The notes below the pieces were generated by a model. It had not been told where the DNA came from and searched no databases. It saw only the letters and a program-made list of their open reading frames with translations. Shown here in pieces: positions 1 to 13,480 of a stretch of 64,000 nt of DNA. Position 1 is the stretch's first letter, and the number at the start of each line of letters is the position of its first letter. Source of the stretch: Paragordius varius (taxonomy: Eukaryota > Animalia > Nematomorpha); assembly GCA_964247055.1 (NCBI GenBank), contig OZ176051.1:6076001-6140000 (forward strand), written 5' to 3'. The position numbers were made by a program, and so were the translations under genes.

Positions 1-72
1 AATCTGGTAAAAAACAATAATCTATAATTTCCACAATCAATTACTCATAACAAAAAGAGCAGCACTATATAT

Positions 73-126
73 CAATGGTAATAAAACCGCGGCCCACGGG
101 CCTCATCGGGCCCTCAAGATTTGCGG
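73..126 (+). mobile_element. Decayed Buster-type 5' end
   Basis: CAATGGTAATAAAACCGCGGCCC resembles CAGTGATACTCAAACCGCGGCCC at 50991. Confidence 0.45.
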
Positions 127-899
127 TACATATTACGGCTACCAACATAGAAGAAACTTTTCACACTATATATATTTTCAAATCTGAAAAGTAGTCTGAC
201 GACCGATTTGGTTGGTCAATTATGTTAGTTTCCTTTATAGATGTAGTCATACTTATTTTGCACTCATACATTTGGCTCTTGATTGTTTAATAAATTGAGT
301 ATGTTTTAATTTATATGATAATAAAAATGTTGTATGAAAATCATATAATGAATAGTCAGAAAATGGAACTGGTTCCACAACCTTTAACTTATTATCAGAC
401 CCATGTCCCCACTTGATCAGGGACGACCCAGCTTCCGGTAATTTTAACAGTCACCTAGGTTTCATTTTGAAAATCGTAAAACCAAACTGGTTACACCACT
501 TTTTTTGAACGGGTATATATGTATTCTCTTCACCTTTTAAAATAAACGGTATTATCTAATTGGGTGTGAAATAAATGTTTTAGGTGATAAAGAAAAGACA
601 TGACATAAGTTTTTTATCGCCGATCTTAGAGTGCAGACTTGCTGGCTAAAAAACTTGCTGAACTTGCCCTTTTTACTTCAGAGTCAAGTGTGCTTCTTTT
701 ATCACCCCTACTCTTTACAAATCCTTTTTTACGTTCGATACGAATTGGTGGCCCAAAGATCAGTTGTAATGAAGTATTTTATTAAATATGGAAGGTATGA
801 ATCGATATCAGTAGTTTACATTTTAACATTATTGATGCGCCAGAATATGAAGAAAATTTATTCAAAATGACTAGTTCATATATTAAGCTTAGGCAAAAG

Positions 900-1356
900 T
901 TTAGACAGCATTAAAATATTACTTTTTATTTTTCTGTCTTTATATTGTTTAATGCATTAATTGAGCTGTAAAATCTAAAAAAAGACATTTTTCATAAGTT
1001 TTGAGATAATAATGGCGTCGAAATTTTTGTGAAAATATTTCTCAAAATTTACCTCAATAATATAGCTTTAGATTATTTTATGAAGATAAAATCTTAAATT
1101 TGAATGTAGCTCGCTTTAGTAATTTTTGGATCATCAGTTTAAATTACTGGCCTATCCAGTGCCCCTGTATCTAATTGTAAATTATTTTTGTAAAGATAAA
1201 AGCGTAAATTAAATTGAGACTAAATAGTTTTCAAATTTTATCAATTTAAAGATGGCTTATAGAAGCATAAATTTAAATTGGGACCTCAGTAGTTGTTAAA
1301 AAATCCTAACTCAAATTTAGTCTGGGGGATTTAGATGCCCCAAATGGAATCGAAGT
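900..1356. mobile_element. Decayed third copy of the same MITE family
   Basis: Matches AGAAGCATAAATTTAAATTGGGAC...TAGTCTGGGG..TTTAGATGCCCCAAAT. Confidence 0.55.
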
Positions 1357-1435
1357 GTTATAATCTATATCTATATATTGGTTAAAATATAACTTAGAAT
1401 TCACAAAAAAATATATGTATATATATTGATAGGAT

Positions 1436-1993
1436 GGTGCTTTTGGTTTTGTCTTTTACGGGTGATTTAAGAAAGTTATTCTCACTTTTGTGGTTACTGC
1501 TCCATATCACAAAATGGCATTGTGCACATTTTGTAAGATAAAAATTTGGTGAAAGTTAAATGCTTTATTCCATAAATCATTAAAATATATATTTATTCAA
1601 AAACAATATTTTTATCAATCAGAATCATAATTAAAAGGTTAGTTTGCTTTCATATTTGGGAGAATTTTTTAGAAATCCATATATTTAACATCGATTTGAA
1701 GACGAAAAAAGAATTTACTAAATCTTCCTAGGTGGAAATGTCTTAGCATCATCAAATGTATAGAAATATTGTTTGTAGAATATTTAAAGCGTTTTAAACT
1801 GTTTCCAGCTTGCCTTAAAATGGTATGGAGTATTGCTATTTTTTAAATTTAGTATTTAATATATTCAATGATATTATTTGGAATAAAGCATTTAGCTTTT
1901 ACCAAAAACTTTTATCAATATTAATGTCAGAAAATTTTGCGGTTTTCGGAGCTATTACTCTAAATGGGAAATTATCTCAAAACCAAAAGTGCC
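1436..1993. mobile_element. MITE-like element with GGTGCTTTTGGTTTTG inverted ends; relative at 37795-38958
   Basis: 16-bp inverted repeats (14 of 16 match). The internal palindromic core resembles 38040-38340 and the core of element Y. Confidence 0.45.
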
Positions 1994-3699
1994 ATAATAA
2001 TGCTGATATACAGAATGTGTTTTAACACCCCGATGGACGCAGTTTTATATAACAATTTAAAGAGGTTTGCGCTATTATAATTTTGGGTGGAAAATGAAAA
2101 AATTAATTACACATATTTATTATTACCATAGATTTAACAAATTCTTATTAATGCCTAAGTTAACATCTCAAATGATGTAAGCAAATCTTAATATATCTTA
2201 CCAAATTTCGCAGAATAAAACGAAAATTAAAATAATCAGTATAAATATTGTGGCAAATTTACAGTGAATTAAATCCAATAAAATATATTATGTCCATTTG
2301 TTAAATTTTTTGATACGACCCACGAAGTCATTTGTGTTGGATATTCCTGGTGACCAAAAACAAAATGAAACAACATTACGTGACAAGCTATTTGCAAAAT
2401 TTTGGCATGCAGCATTTTTTTGTAAATTTTGAAATATATTTTTATTAGATTTAGAGTTTATAAAGAAGGTAATCGAATTCAACTATTGATACATGTTAAA
2501 TTTTTAGTAACTCCAATAGTATTGGTATTAAATAATTTAATTAAAGGCTTTTTAACATTTATTCAGTTATAATTATTATCATTTATTGAACTCGTTCGAA
2601 TTGTGTAGCTTATAAAATAAAATGTGATAAAATATCAAATTTATATACGTTAATGTATTTAATATTGGTTCTCACGCAAAATGGAAAAATAATTTTATTA
2701 CATATAAGAAGCAATCTTAAATTTAAATTATTTCTTTAACAAAATATTCCCATATACCCGCCCAAATATAATATAAATATTCAATTTAAATATATATATA
2801 TATAGTATATAGTATTAAATCAAAATAAGTATAAAATTAAGATAAAGTTTTTAGAATTATTCTAAAATGAATTTGCATTGCAGGTGTAAGGAGGATAAAT
2901 CACTAATTATATCTATTTATATTTTGTTGGGTTTATAAAACAATTTGGTGCAGGTATAAAAATATAAAAAAAATTGGGAAAATATTGATTTATAATAAAC
3001 TTTTGAGATATAGGGGTAACACAAATGCTTTCATTTTAATTCGGAATAATAATATTTTAAGAGTAATGGTGTAACGGACCTTTGGGTTTTTTACAAATCA
3101 ATACTGTCAGGGTAGAAAAGCATATATTTTACAATGATGTATATGTGTAATACATACAAAAATTAATGACACTCCATTTTTATTTTATTTATATAAAAAA
3201 ATTTAATTAAGTACAAATATGTAAAGTATAAATTCATGCGGTGCTGCTTATGATTATAATGTAAATTAGCACAAAATTAGCATTTTATATCAATAGTTGT
3301 AATAAATAAGTATGTTGGTTGGTTGTTAATACTGCTAAAAATATGATATAAATTATATGTGTATACATATGAAAGAAAGGTGTAGGAATCATATACAATA
3401 ATATCTCTAAAACTTTGTATTGTGTAAGTGTTATAGGTTGAATTGGGAATTATATGGTTTTTTGCATTGTTTATATTACATTTTATAGTTTTGACATCAT
3501 TGGAGGAAAAAGTTGATAATATCCGACAATTTAGATTCAACCTATTCACATATATCTTCTCAAGTATCACACGAGATAATAATAATTAAACTTGAAAGAT
3601 CACAAATTTTTGAGATTTTGTACCGAAAAGGGAACAAAAATTATTATATCACATGTTTAACATTGTGTTTATCAAATCTTTTGCCATTTGAGCCCTGAC

Positions 3700-6600
3700 T
3701 TATAATGTGGTGCCGTCATTCATATTAAGGGGAATCATAATGCTTGAGTCGGCATAAGATTCGTCAACAGCTTCAAGTTTAACCTTTTCATTTTCAGTCT
3801 CTTCATTAATCAATGGTGTTGTTGGGGGTATTAAAGGAATGGAGGATGGTTGATCCAATGTATTTTCGTCGGCAGAACTAGTCAATGGTACGACACCCTT
3901 GTTTGGAACAATGACTGGTACTTTACATTTATGAATACGGAGATGACTTTGTTCGGCATAAGATTTCCCACACCGGTCACAGTTAAAAGGTTTCTTCCCT
4001 GTATGCAGGTAGTAATGTCGCTTCAAATGATAGCTATCACGAAACTCTTTACCACATGCATCGCAGGGATGTAACTTTTTAACGCGACACTTTTTATGAG
4101 CCCCGGGGATCGACGGTTTCTTTTCGCCCGATTTTTTGGGAGTTGGAGTTGTTAAAACACTACTATTGCCACCATCAATACTTGAGGTAATGTTGCACAT
4201 GCTATTTGGGTATGAATACAGTGATGATTCACCATTTACGTGATCTTTTGTAAGAATTGAATTATTATTATAATTAAATACAGGTTTGGGAATATTATTA
4301 TTATTAATGCTTTTAATAGAAGAGTTGTTAGTTTTATCATTATAAAGAGCAAAAGTATCATTTATTAGGAGTGAACTATTGTGACCATTGCCATTAACTG
4401 AGGATGGATGTGGCATTGTAGGATTTTTGTTGATACCATTACTATGACTATTGTGTGTCATATTCATTAAGTTAAGATCAGTCATAATTGGCCAATAGGG
4501 ATTATTCATAGATGCATTGTACATTTGTTGTGATAATGATCGAATCTTTGCTGCAAAATCAGTTATATTGTTGTTTGAAGGGAAAGCGTTTGTTTTGACA
4601 CCTTCTTTTATTGTGGAATTATTGTGACCGAAATTTAAAAAATCATTCATTGTTGGTCGTACGCCTATCATGCTTGAAGCTACTCCATAAGGCCATGCCG
4701 AATTAATAAACGAATTGTATAGCTGATTAGGTGATAAATTTTGTATTGGTGACGTATGAAAGTTGGTAGCAGCGGGACTATCAAAAACTTGTTTACAATT
4801 CGCATCATTAACGAATGATACCTTTTTAGATTTTGATTTAGGTACTGATTTAGACTCTTGTTGCTGGTGAATAGTTTCAGTAAATTCTGATTTAACATTT
4901 TTTTGGTCGTTTCTTGTATCATTTGCGGATTGCAACATTGAATTTAAAACGGAAAAGCTATCCTGGTACGGAGTTTGCTGTTCGCTCGATTTCCAAATTT
5001 CGGTATTATATTTATCATTTGTCGCATCTGATTTTTGTGGTTTGGATCCCAAGATACTTTCGAGGTATGGTGTCGAGGAGCAATTTATATCGTTTGATTC
5101 ATTTTCGGGTTGACCCTCTGTTTCTACAGTGGATAACGCATCATTCCTCGCATGTAACAATTCAATGAATCGATTAAAGTTAGCCTCAGCCATATCATTG
5201 TGTTCGGATTTAATCATGTGATTCTGAGATTTTGCAGTTTTTTTGACAGAAGAATTATTTTGGGTTACTGCTCCTGTGCACATTATAGTTGTTGCAGTAG
5301 AGATGGCATTCAGCGAAGTTGGACTCGGTTTAACACGACAAGTATGGTTAACAAAATGACTTCGCTCAGCAAACGCTTTAAAACAATGCGTACAATTATA
5401 CGGCTTGAGGCCTGTGTGCACGTAGGAATGTCTTTTGAGATGATAACTAGTATTGAATCGTTTCCCACATTCAAGGCATAAATGTTTCCCCTGATTAGTT
5501 GTTTGTCTCCGATTGTTGCCTGCGCTGTAACCATTGGTAACATTGTTGCCGAAACCATTAGGGCATTCATTTGCATTGGAGGAAGGGGGTGGCGTATATT
5601 TCAATGGAGAATACGTGGATGTTGACGTTGAAATGGGTGATTCTTCTACTTTATCTGTCTCATTGGTAAAACCCTTTTTCGAGGCATACGAAATAACAAA
5701 ATCTCTCACATTATTATCTAAATTCATATTATTTGGACCAATTGTCATAAATGAATCAGCAAATCCTGCATTATCTATGCCAACTTGATTCTTCTGTCTA
5801 GATTCCATATTAGTACAGTAATCGATTGATGCACTAGTACGGGTCTTTTTACGGGAAGTGCCATTATGATTTTCGTTCCTATTAGCCTTACCATCGATCT
5901 TATTTGAGTGATTATTGGTTAAAACATTGTTAGTCGAGGGGCGATAACTATTTTGTTCTTGCCCATTGTACATGTTGTAATATTCCAAAAGATTTTGATA
6001 GTACATCATATTCATGGCCATTAGAGATTCCGATTTCATAACGTTCAATTTAGTGGGGGTAGTAGAGACTGAGTGGGGAGAGGAAACTTTAGTCACCGCC
6101 TTACTTTTCTCCCCGTATAAGGTATAATAATGTTGCTTAAGAGTTTCCATATATTCTTGAATACTTTTACTAGGTGATGTGTTATCCTTAGTGTTATTAT
6201 TTGGAGTGGTCCTAATTGCATTTTTATTTTTGCCTTTGACTTGACATTTATCACCACCGTTGAATGTTAAAGACGGCGAAAGAAACGCCATAAGATTTTT
6301 GACTGGCCCATCAGTTTCATCGTCTTTCTGTGTCAATTTTTCTATACAAGCGTTAAATTCTGATTTCATAGTGCATTTCATATCAGCAATAGAGTCATTT
6401 TTGTCAGTGTTGGGGTTAACTGCAAAATAATTTTCCGTCAAAGGAATTGTACTTGCCGCAGACGAATTCTCCGAAATGATCGAAGAAATGGGAGATATGG
6501 CACCATCATTTCGTGGGATATGATGGATAATTGTGTAATTTTTCCGCTTGTTACGTTTGTTATGAGGAGCTGTTACAGTCCCTATGTCTTGGTCCATTTC

Positions 6601-6842
6601 CATATGTTTAAGAGGAGAAGAACCCGTGAGTAATATAAAATTTTTGTTTTTGTTAGCATCATTTGCATTATGGGCATAAATATCTTTGCATTTTTGTATT
6701 ATTTGTGTGTTGTTTTGTTCGCATTCTTGTAACGATGAAGGATATATCGTTTCGACACTTCCATTCACATCATCATCATTATTGTTTACAAAGTCAATCT
6801 TCTCTCTGTCAGCGAAATCTAATTTGGTTGCATTTCGATATG
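3700..6842 (-). CDS. Zinc-finger TF gene, large terminal exon with two pairs of C2H2/C2HC fingers
   Basis: Long ORF with a phase-1 acceptor TTTTTAG|CA. Fingers HLCLECGKRFNTSYHLKRHSYVH-TGLKPY-NCTHCFKAFAERSHFVNHTC and HPCDACGKEFRDSYHLKRHYYLH-TGKKPF-NCDRCGKSYAEQSHLRIHKC have TGEKP-like linkers. The remainder is N/S-rich low complexity. Stop at 3700-3702. Confidence 0.93.
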
Positions 6843-6937
6843 CTAAAAATAATATTAATGTTGTAAGATATGAAAAAATATTCATAAATAACATTTTACA
6901 AAAAATATATCAAAAGTGTTCTGAACATATAAATTAC

Positions 6938-7033
6938 TTTGGCACCAGGACCGATGTCGATCTAATATACGACTTTTTGATGTGAGGAAAGTTAGACAAT
7001 TACGACATTGGTATATACGCTTTTTCCGAATGC
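6938..7033 (-). CDS. Zinc-finger TF gene, coding exon 3 (C2HC-type finger; not in ORF track)
   Basis: TATTTAG| acceptor and |GTAATT donor. 96 nt, phase 1 to 1, encoding IRKKRIYQCRNCLTFLTSKSRILDRHRSWCQ (C-x2-C-x13-H-x3-C). Confidence 0.8.
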
Positions 7034-7449
7034 CTAAATAAATATATTAAAGAGTTTATATGAAATCTAGCATAGCACATACGAGGATTGATTTTAAATT
7101 GTATGATTTTTGCTTAATATTACTAATTTTAAGCTAAAAATATAGTTAAGTCTAAATGTTTTGAGTCCATATATTCAATGTAAAAATATAATTAACCCAT
7201 TAGCATTTAGCAAGTGGGCAGCAACAATCAAGTGAATAACAATTTTATCATTTTAATAAATTGATTTTCTGTTTAAAATAGATCTGCGCCTATTTGACAT
7301 ATCTTAAACTTCACTGATAAGTTTACGCCTGTGAATAAAAATTATGTTTAGCCATAAATATATTTTACTGGTTATCAGATATATGCCAATGTTTGTATGA
7401 AGACGAAAAATCAATGGTAAAAATATATAGTAATGAAAATTATAATTAC

Positions 7450-7544
7450 TTTTCATGTCTTGGTTATTTGGCTTGACAAAATTGGTAAAGTCTTTGTTAA
7501 AAGCCAGTTTTTTTTCGTAGAGGCCCCCCCATACTTTGTGATTT
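7450..7544 (-). CDS. Zinc-finger TF gene, coding exon 2 (not in ORF track)
   Basis: TTTAG| acceptor and |GTAATT donor. 95 nt, open in phase 2 to 1 (NHKVWGGLYEKKLAFNKDFTNFVKPNNQDMK), which exactly bridges the phases of exons 1 and 3. Confidence 0.75.
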
Positions 7545-7829
7545 CTAAATGATAAAAATTAAGTATATTTCAAACAACCAAATAAATAAAAAGGCCATTT
7601 TAATTAGGGGCCCGTACAAAAATTTGGATAAATTAGTAAAGATCCCTCAAACCACCTAGAAGGTCTGTTATTTGGCCCAACTAATTTATAATAAACAATT
7701 TTCTATTTTTTGAGTACAAAAAATCAATGTCCGTTTTATTGAAAGTGAATGCCTAAATATGACTAATAACAATACTTTTTAGTGTTGTTTTGATTATTTA
7801 CTAAAATATTGTTTTTAGCGATAACCGAA

Positions 7830-8440
7830 AAAAACACTATTCGCCATTTTATTTTTAGCACTTCGATTCAAATTGGGGTATTTAAATACCCCAGACTAAA
7901 TTTAAATTAAGATTTTTAAAAAACTACTGAAGAAAACGGTCCCAATTTAAATTTATGCTTCTATCCTGATAAATATTATATAAATATGCCAAAAAATCTT
8001 GATAAATTTTGTTTTGAAAAAAAAAGTTCCATCTCAAACCGGAGCCATTTTTATCTTAAAAATTTTTTGCAAAATATCGTCTTTATTTAATTTTAAGGGT
8101 AAAACTAAAGCTTTTATTTATATAAATTACATCTAACATTTATAGAAATAGAAAAAGCGGTTTATTTTGTATTATTTTTTAATTTTAAAATTTGACACAT
8201 GTCACGTTGACCAAATTTTTACCTTTCGGTTTTAGCTCAAAATAAGTAATATCAAGTATTTTTAAATAAAAATTTTTATATATTTCGGTTTATTAATGTT
8301 ATATAAGTGCAAAATTTTGCCATTGTTTCGATTCCTTCCATACTTTTTAAAGTATTTGATTTTAAACAGGCCTGGGGTATCCAACTACCCCAATTTGAAT
8401 CGAAGGACTAAAATGAGTGTGTTGTATCCAAGTGTTAATA
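7830..8440. mobile_element. MITE family with hairpin-containing TIRs (CTTCGATTCAAATTGGGGTA..ATACCCCAG)
   Basis: Inverted termini. A reverse-orientation copy lies at 43535-44120 and a decayed copy at about 900-1356. Confidence 0.72.
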
Positions 8441-10083
8441 AAACTATCGTAAATGTATAAAAAAGTTTATATTTATATATTTTTTAAGTGAACATTATAT
8501 CTTATAGATGAACAATAAAGGTGGATTTATGATGTGTTGTTAAAAAATTTGAATGAAACATTTGGTAGGTGTTGTGTTAAAAATTTATAAATGGTGATTG
8601 AAATAGATTCTAAAAAATTTAATAAAACATTAACACTAATAATTGATTTACAAAGAGAGGGAATTAGGTATGGTTTTAAAATTTAATTGCTGTGCACATA
8701 AATTCATTCTCATGTAATGGAATATTAATGGGATACACTTTTTATTGACCAATAATCACTTTAGTAGCCAACAATAACGGGATTTACAGCTATGCACTGA
8801 TCTTTTAGAGTTACAACGAAGGTGCATATGAATATCAGGTTGTTAGACAAGTGGTCATGTAAGAGTTTCAAAAGTAAATTGGTATATTACAATCGTTCCA
8901 ATATTTTTGAAAAATAAACACTTTTTTAGCAAAAACTGTTAATTTCTTTGTCGCGTAATGAACATTCTGCAAAAATTAGGAATCAAAGATAAAAAGGGTA
9001 TCAGGTGATATCTTAACTTCTCAAAAAAATATGAAAATGAATTTGGGGTTTTCAGGGAATTTGATTAGAAAAGTGTCATATTTTGCATTATGAATGTTTT
9101 AAAAAAAAGATATATGCATTACTTTAAAATGGTGTTGTAGAGTATCTCTAATTTTATCCGCACACCTACACAACACATTTACACTTTATCATTTTGTAAT
9201 TATTTATTATAATGTTACAATATATGGATGATATGAAACGAATAGAGGAGATATGTCAACCAAAATTATTTTTGACCACACATATCATGGCGTGATAATG
9301 GACTATCCTATTAACATCAAGCGCGCGCACTACACTCACAACCTTTATTTATTTGTCCCACCAAAAACTTTATTTTTTTCATAAATTTATTACTTATAAT
9401 GTCCTTTCCTCCTAATGACATGAAAAATGTGTTTTGCGCGAGGTTTGAAAATAAATAATTTTAAATAATTCATATGAAATTTATGGGGAAAATATAGAAA
9501 AACCCATCGGATAATTACTTTTTAAAAGGGATAAAATTAAACGACAAAGGTGTCGCCAGTTTGCTTTTATATTAAAAATGGCGAATGTTTTGTGATAAAA
9601 TAAAGTAGTTTTCTATGTACCTCAATATTAAACAGGGTCGGTTGTGACCGTATAATTGGATTCATATCCGCTTTTAATAATAATTGCCAGCCAAAGTAAA
9701 CATATGCTCATCATTGATTGTATAAATTTTAAATATAAAATTTAGAAACAAAGTTTTTACGTTTTTCATTAAACTACAACATATGTATTTTTGTTGGATT
9801 GGTTATTTCTATCGAGAATGCAAGGCAAGAATAAGTATTAGACCGGATATATTTATTAAGTCCGAAATCGAACCCATTTAACAGTATAAACTTGCGAAAT
9901 TATGAATAAGTTTTTTTTAAGCATAAACCAAAATATTGATATGATTTTTTGGCTAAAATTTTGCCAAAGATTTTATAAATTTGATTTCATTTCCATAAAA
10001 ATACAAGATATTAATCAGCCTAATAGAGGAATTTAATTAAATTCGTGAAATTTTATAATTATTATAACAAGCAAAGTATCGTT

Positions 10084-10298
10084 CAGAGGCGTAGCTTGCA
10101 TTTCTGGCGCCCCCTTCCCTCCATGTAACCCCTTGCATTTTAAAAAATAGTTAAATTCAAACCGAGGTCATGACCACTCATAAAAGGGTGTATTACTTAA
10201 AATAATAACTTTTTAATACGCATTTTTTAAAATAAATTGAAAAAATTTTAAAATACGGTGGCATCACCCCCCATATTCTTCCCCTAGCTGCGCCTGCG
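10084..10298. mobile_element. 215-bp hAT-type MITE in ZF intron
   Basis: TIRs CAGAGGCGTAGCT and AGCTGCGCCTGCG (10 of 13 match). 8-bp TSD GTATCGTT/GTATGGTT. Confidence 0.7.
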
Positions 10299-10722
10299 GT
10301 ATGGTTTAACTAGCCGCTTTTATTTTTGTTCATATATTACCTCTAAAAGAGTACTTTAAAGAAATTACATTTTATATATACAAAAATATGCGTAATCAAC
10401 CTTTAATTTAATGATATAATATGTGTGTGTGTCGATTAAAAATTGGTTGGTTGTTGGCATTAACATTAGGTGTGTCTCTATTTAATTTTTTTAACGCAGT
10501 TAGCCATTACACTTCATAACATTGTATAAAAATAATTATACACATTACAATTTCGGTTTGATTTTAAACCAAAACTATCACTAACGCTTATTTTGTCCGT
10601 TTGTGGTTAAATTGGTTGGTTATAGAGTAAATTAGGCCTTTAAACTTAATCATTTAGCCAGGGGAAATAAATTTATATATATACTTAATATTTCAATTGT
10701 ATTGTACAGCACTAGTTTAATG

Positions 10723-10726
<4 letters not shown>

Positions 10727-10761
<35 letters not shown>
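10727..10761. repeat. (TA)n microsatellite
   Basis: About 16 TA units. Shorter runs occur near 14075, 14478 and 19877. Confidence 0.85.
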
Positions 10762-10764
<3 letters not shown>

Positions 10765-12636
10765 CACAGGACATTATAGCAACATATATTTGAAAGAAGG
10801 CCTGCTTGCTTGCCTGCCTTTTTGGAGCTTTGCCAAAGGCTAAAAAATATTTTGGCGAACACACACAAAAAAATGGAGATTAATATCGATTTTTCTCCAT
10901 TATTTTTAGTGTTTGTGTGTTGGTTAATATATTATGATTTTGATTGTTATTAGGAGTTTTACATTAATAGCACATACACAATATTTTTGGCGAACTATGC
11001 GAAAAACGCCATAACAAAGTATATCCATCCATATCACATAGAGGTTCTCTGTGTGTTCGTTTATGTTATATCGTGTAGTTTGGAGCAAAGAATTATGACC
11101 AAAAAAAATATATTATTTTTTCGAAATGTGAAGTGCGATTAGAAGCTGGCTAAGATAGGTATAGGGAGAAACATTGTTTTTGAAATTGCTATGTCATAAA
11201 CAAACACAGAAATGCATATACGTAGTAAAAGGCTGTGATGTTGGTTGGACACACTCTTTTTGATATCCTCCATCCATTTAACTTTAGAGAGGAAGAGTAA
11301 GAAATAAAAGATATAAAAACATTTGGAGCCATCCCATATTTCTTATTCAAAAGATTATTAATGTGTGATTGGTTGGTGTATATGCGTTTTATTCTACATT
11401 ACAAATAATTGGCTTTTATGCTTGAAACGCTGTTTCATACATGTAACGATTTCACCGCAAAATTCAAAAGTTTATTGACCTTTTTGTTGATAAAATAAGG
11501 GAGAGTTGGGTAAACATATTAAGCCTTAAAAACCATGTAAGCAGCGTAAATGGTCCCAAGCTATATTTTTTGTCCACACACAAAAATTATAAAGCGTAAG
11601 AGCTCTATTATAAGCCATATCTGTATTTTAGATAGCTAAAAGGGTATTAAATTTAATCGTGTGTTGCCATATATGCGATTTTTCGTTTTTATTAATACAT
11701 TTTAAAACTATGGGGAGAAAAAACATTATACAATTAAATACGTAACTAATAAACTGAAAAATCTCATACATGGCAACAGACAGTAAATTAAATACCCTTT
11801 TAGTCATTTAAATTACAGATATGACCTATAATAATGCTCATTACTGTATTAGGATACCTCAATTCTATTTTGTCGATATATCGTCCGTCCAAAATTATTT
11901 TAATCGTGCTAAAAAGTTACATAAATAAAAATTGCACACAATAAATTATGAAAATTACGGAAAAAAATGTACAAAACATATGTTAAAGAGTAGTTTGTGG
12001 TTTTTTTCCTCGCTGTACAAACAAAATAGCGCATTTACACACACATACATATAGCCAATGGGAAAATTCCTTATGCCAGCCTTTTTTTCGTATATTTTAT
12101 TATTATAAAGAATATCCCCTACAATGAATGCGTCCTTGGTGTGTGCATGAAAAAAAAAGTTGTGTGGAGCGTTTTTATAATAATAATATATCTAACTGTT
12201 GGCTGGCTATATGTGTGTGTTATTACAATTCCAAACGCATGATATCAATAATAAAATTAAATTTTTTATAAAAACAGTTATTCTCTTGGTATGTGATAGA
12301 TATATTTGATAAATTGGGAATTTAAATCTAATAATACTAAAAAATTAATCTTAGAATGCAATGTAGTATATGAAATATGTGAACCATAAAATATTTTTGA
12401 AAAAAAACAACTTAGGCACCAAGTATTAACCCATGTAAAAAGATGGTCCTATTTATTATGATTATGGTCTAAAGTATAAGAAACTCCATGGTTTAATTAA
12501 ATAGTATAGAAAAATGTAAAAATAATATTGCTTATTCTTATTAAGGTTTTAAATAAAGACAATTTAATTAATGCCCACTTCAAAAATTTTTGTTAATGTA
12601 AAAAATATCGGCTAAATACAAAATTTTTATTCGTAC

Positions 12637-13352
12637 CTTTTATTCTTTAACGGCGGTTTTGTGCCGAATTTTCGGCAATGCGTTTGAATGTACAGTTGTG
12701 TCCTTGGTTTATTAGCTGGCGCATTTGCATTGTTGATATTGTTTTTATCCTTGAATATGGGTATGCGTTTAATAATCAATTTTTTGATAACTTGGTGTTT
12801 TTCAACTTTATGTTTTCCGAATCCGTTAACATTTTTATGGCCTGTCTCCCCTTTAAAACGTTGTACGGGATCAGATTTAGAATTATTATCACCGTTTGGC
12901 ATATTGTCATAGGTAGTAGATGATCCGTTACAAGTTGTATTATGATTTGTGCGAATAACAGACAATCTATTAGAGTTGGTTGTGGTGTTGCTATTTACCA
13001 TCATACTTGATGTAACAGTTGGAGCGGAATACTTGATTAGCATGTGACCAGTGAGATTGGTTGTTAGCAAAAAGTTTGACGTTTGCGGTGTTAAAAACGG
13101 ATTTGAATGCCGTAAAGAAGACGAAATTTGTTTATGAGGATGGGGTGTGTCAATGTTTTGTGTGTTGTTGTGTTCAAAATGACAATTCTCATCGGGCAAG
13201 TCATCAGGTCCATTTGAATCTGACGAAGTTATGGAGGATTTGGGTATTCCGTCAAAACTATTATTTGATATTCCATTATAGCCATTACAATGAGTGTTTC
13301 CGCTTGTTGGCGTGGATACAATGATATGGTGACGATCAAAATCGGTTTCCAT
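12637..13352 (-). CDS. Zinc-finger TF gene, coding exon 1 (N/S/T-rich N-terminus)
   Basis: ATG in CCAAATGG context at 13352. 238 codons plus 2 nt, ending at AG|GTACGA donor (phase 2). Upstream acceptor TTTTGCAG| makes this exon start at 13481. Confidence 0.8.
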
Positions 13353-13375
13353 TTGGCTTATATTTTAAGATTTAT

Positions 13376-13480
13376 TTACATTCTCCTTTTGCAAGAAGTA
13401 TAGAGGAGGATAGCACAATGTCTGAGTGAATGTATTCGATGACAATTTAAATTGCAATTTAGCAATGCTGGTTTTTTCAT
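13376..13480 (-). promoter_or_regulatory. 34-codon uORF in the 5' UTR of the ZF gene
   Basis: ATG 1 nt after the acceptor at 13481, encoding MKKPALLNCNLNCHRIHSLRHCAILLYTSCKRRM*. It stops 23 nt before the main ATG. Confidence 0.45.

Noticed and set aside
6843-6894. ORF-track start MLFMNIFSYLTTLILFL as a signal peptide of the 1064-aa protein
   Set aside because: This stretch is the 3' end of a 95-nt intron. A phase-compatible acceptor at 6842 joins upstream exons.
3850-6985. Short plus-strand ORFs overlapping the ZF exon
   Set aside because: These are antisense or shifted-frame shadows of a real coding exon with no independent features.
3700-13352. BTB-ZF locus with alternative 3' finger exons (lola/fru/br type)
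   Set aside because: No BTB-like sequence was seen, and the exons join into one constitutive frame.
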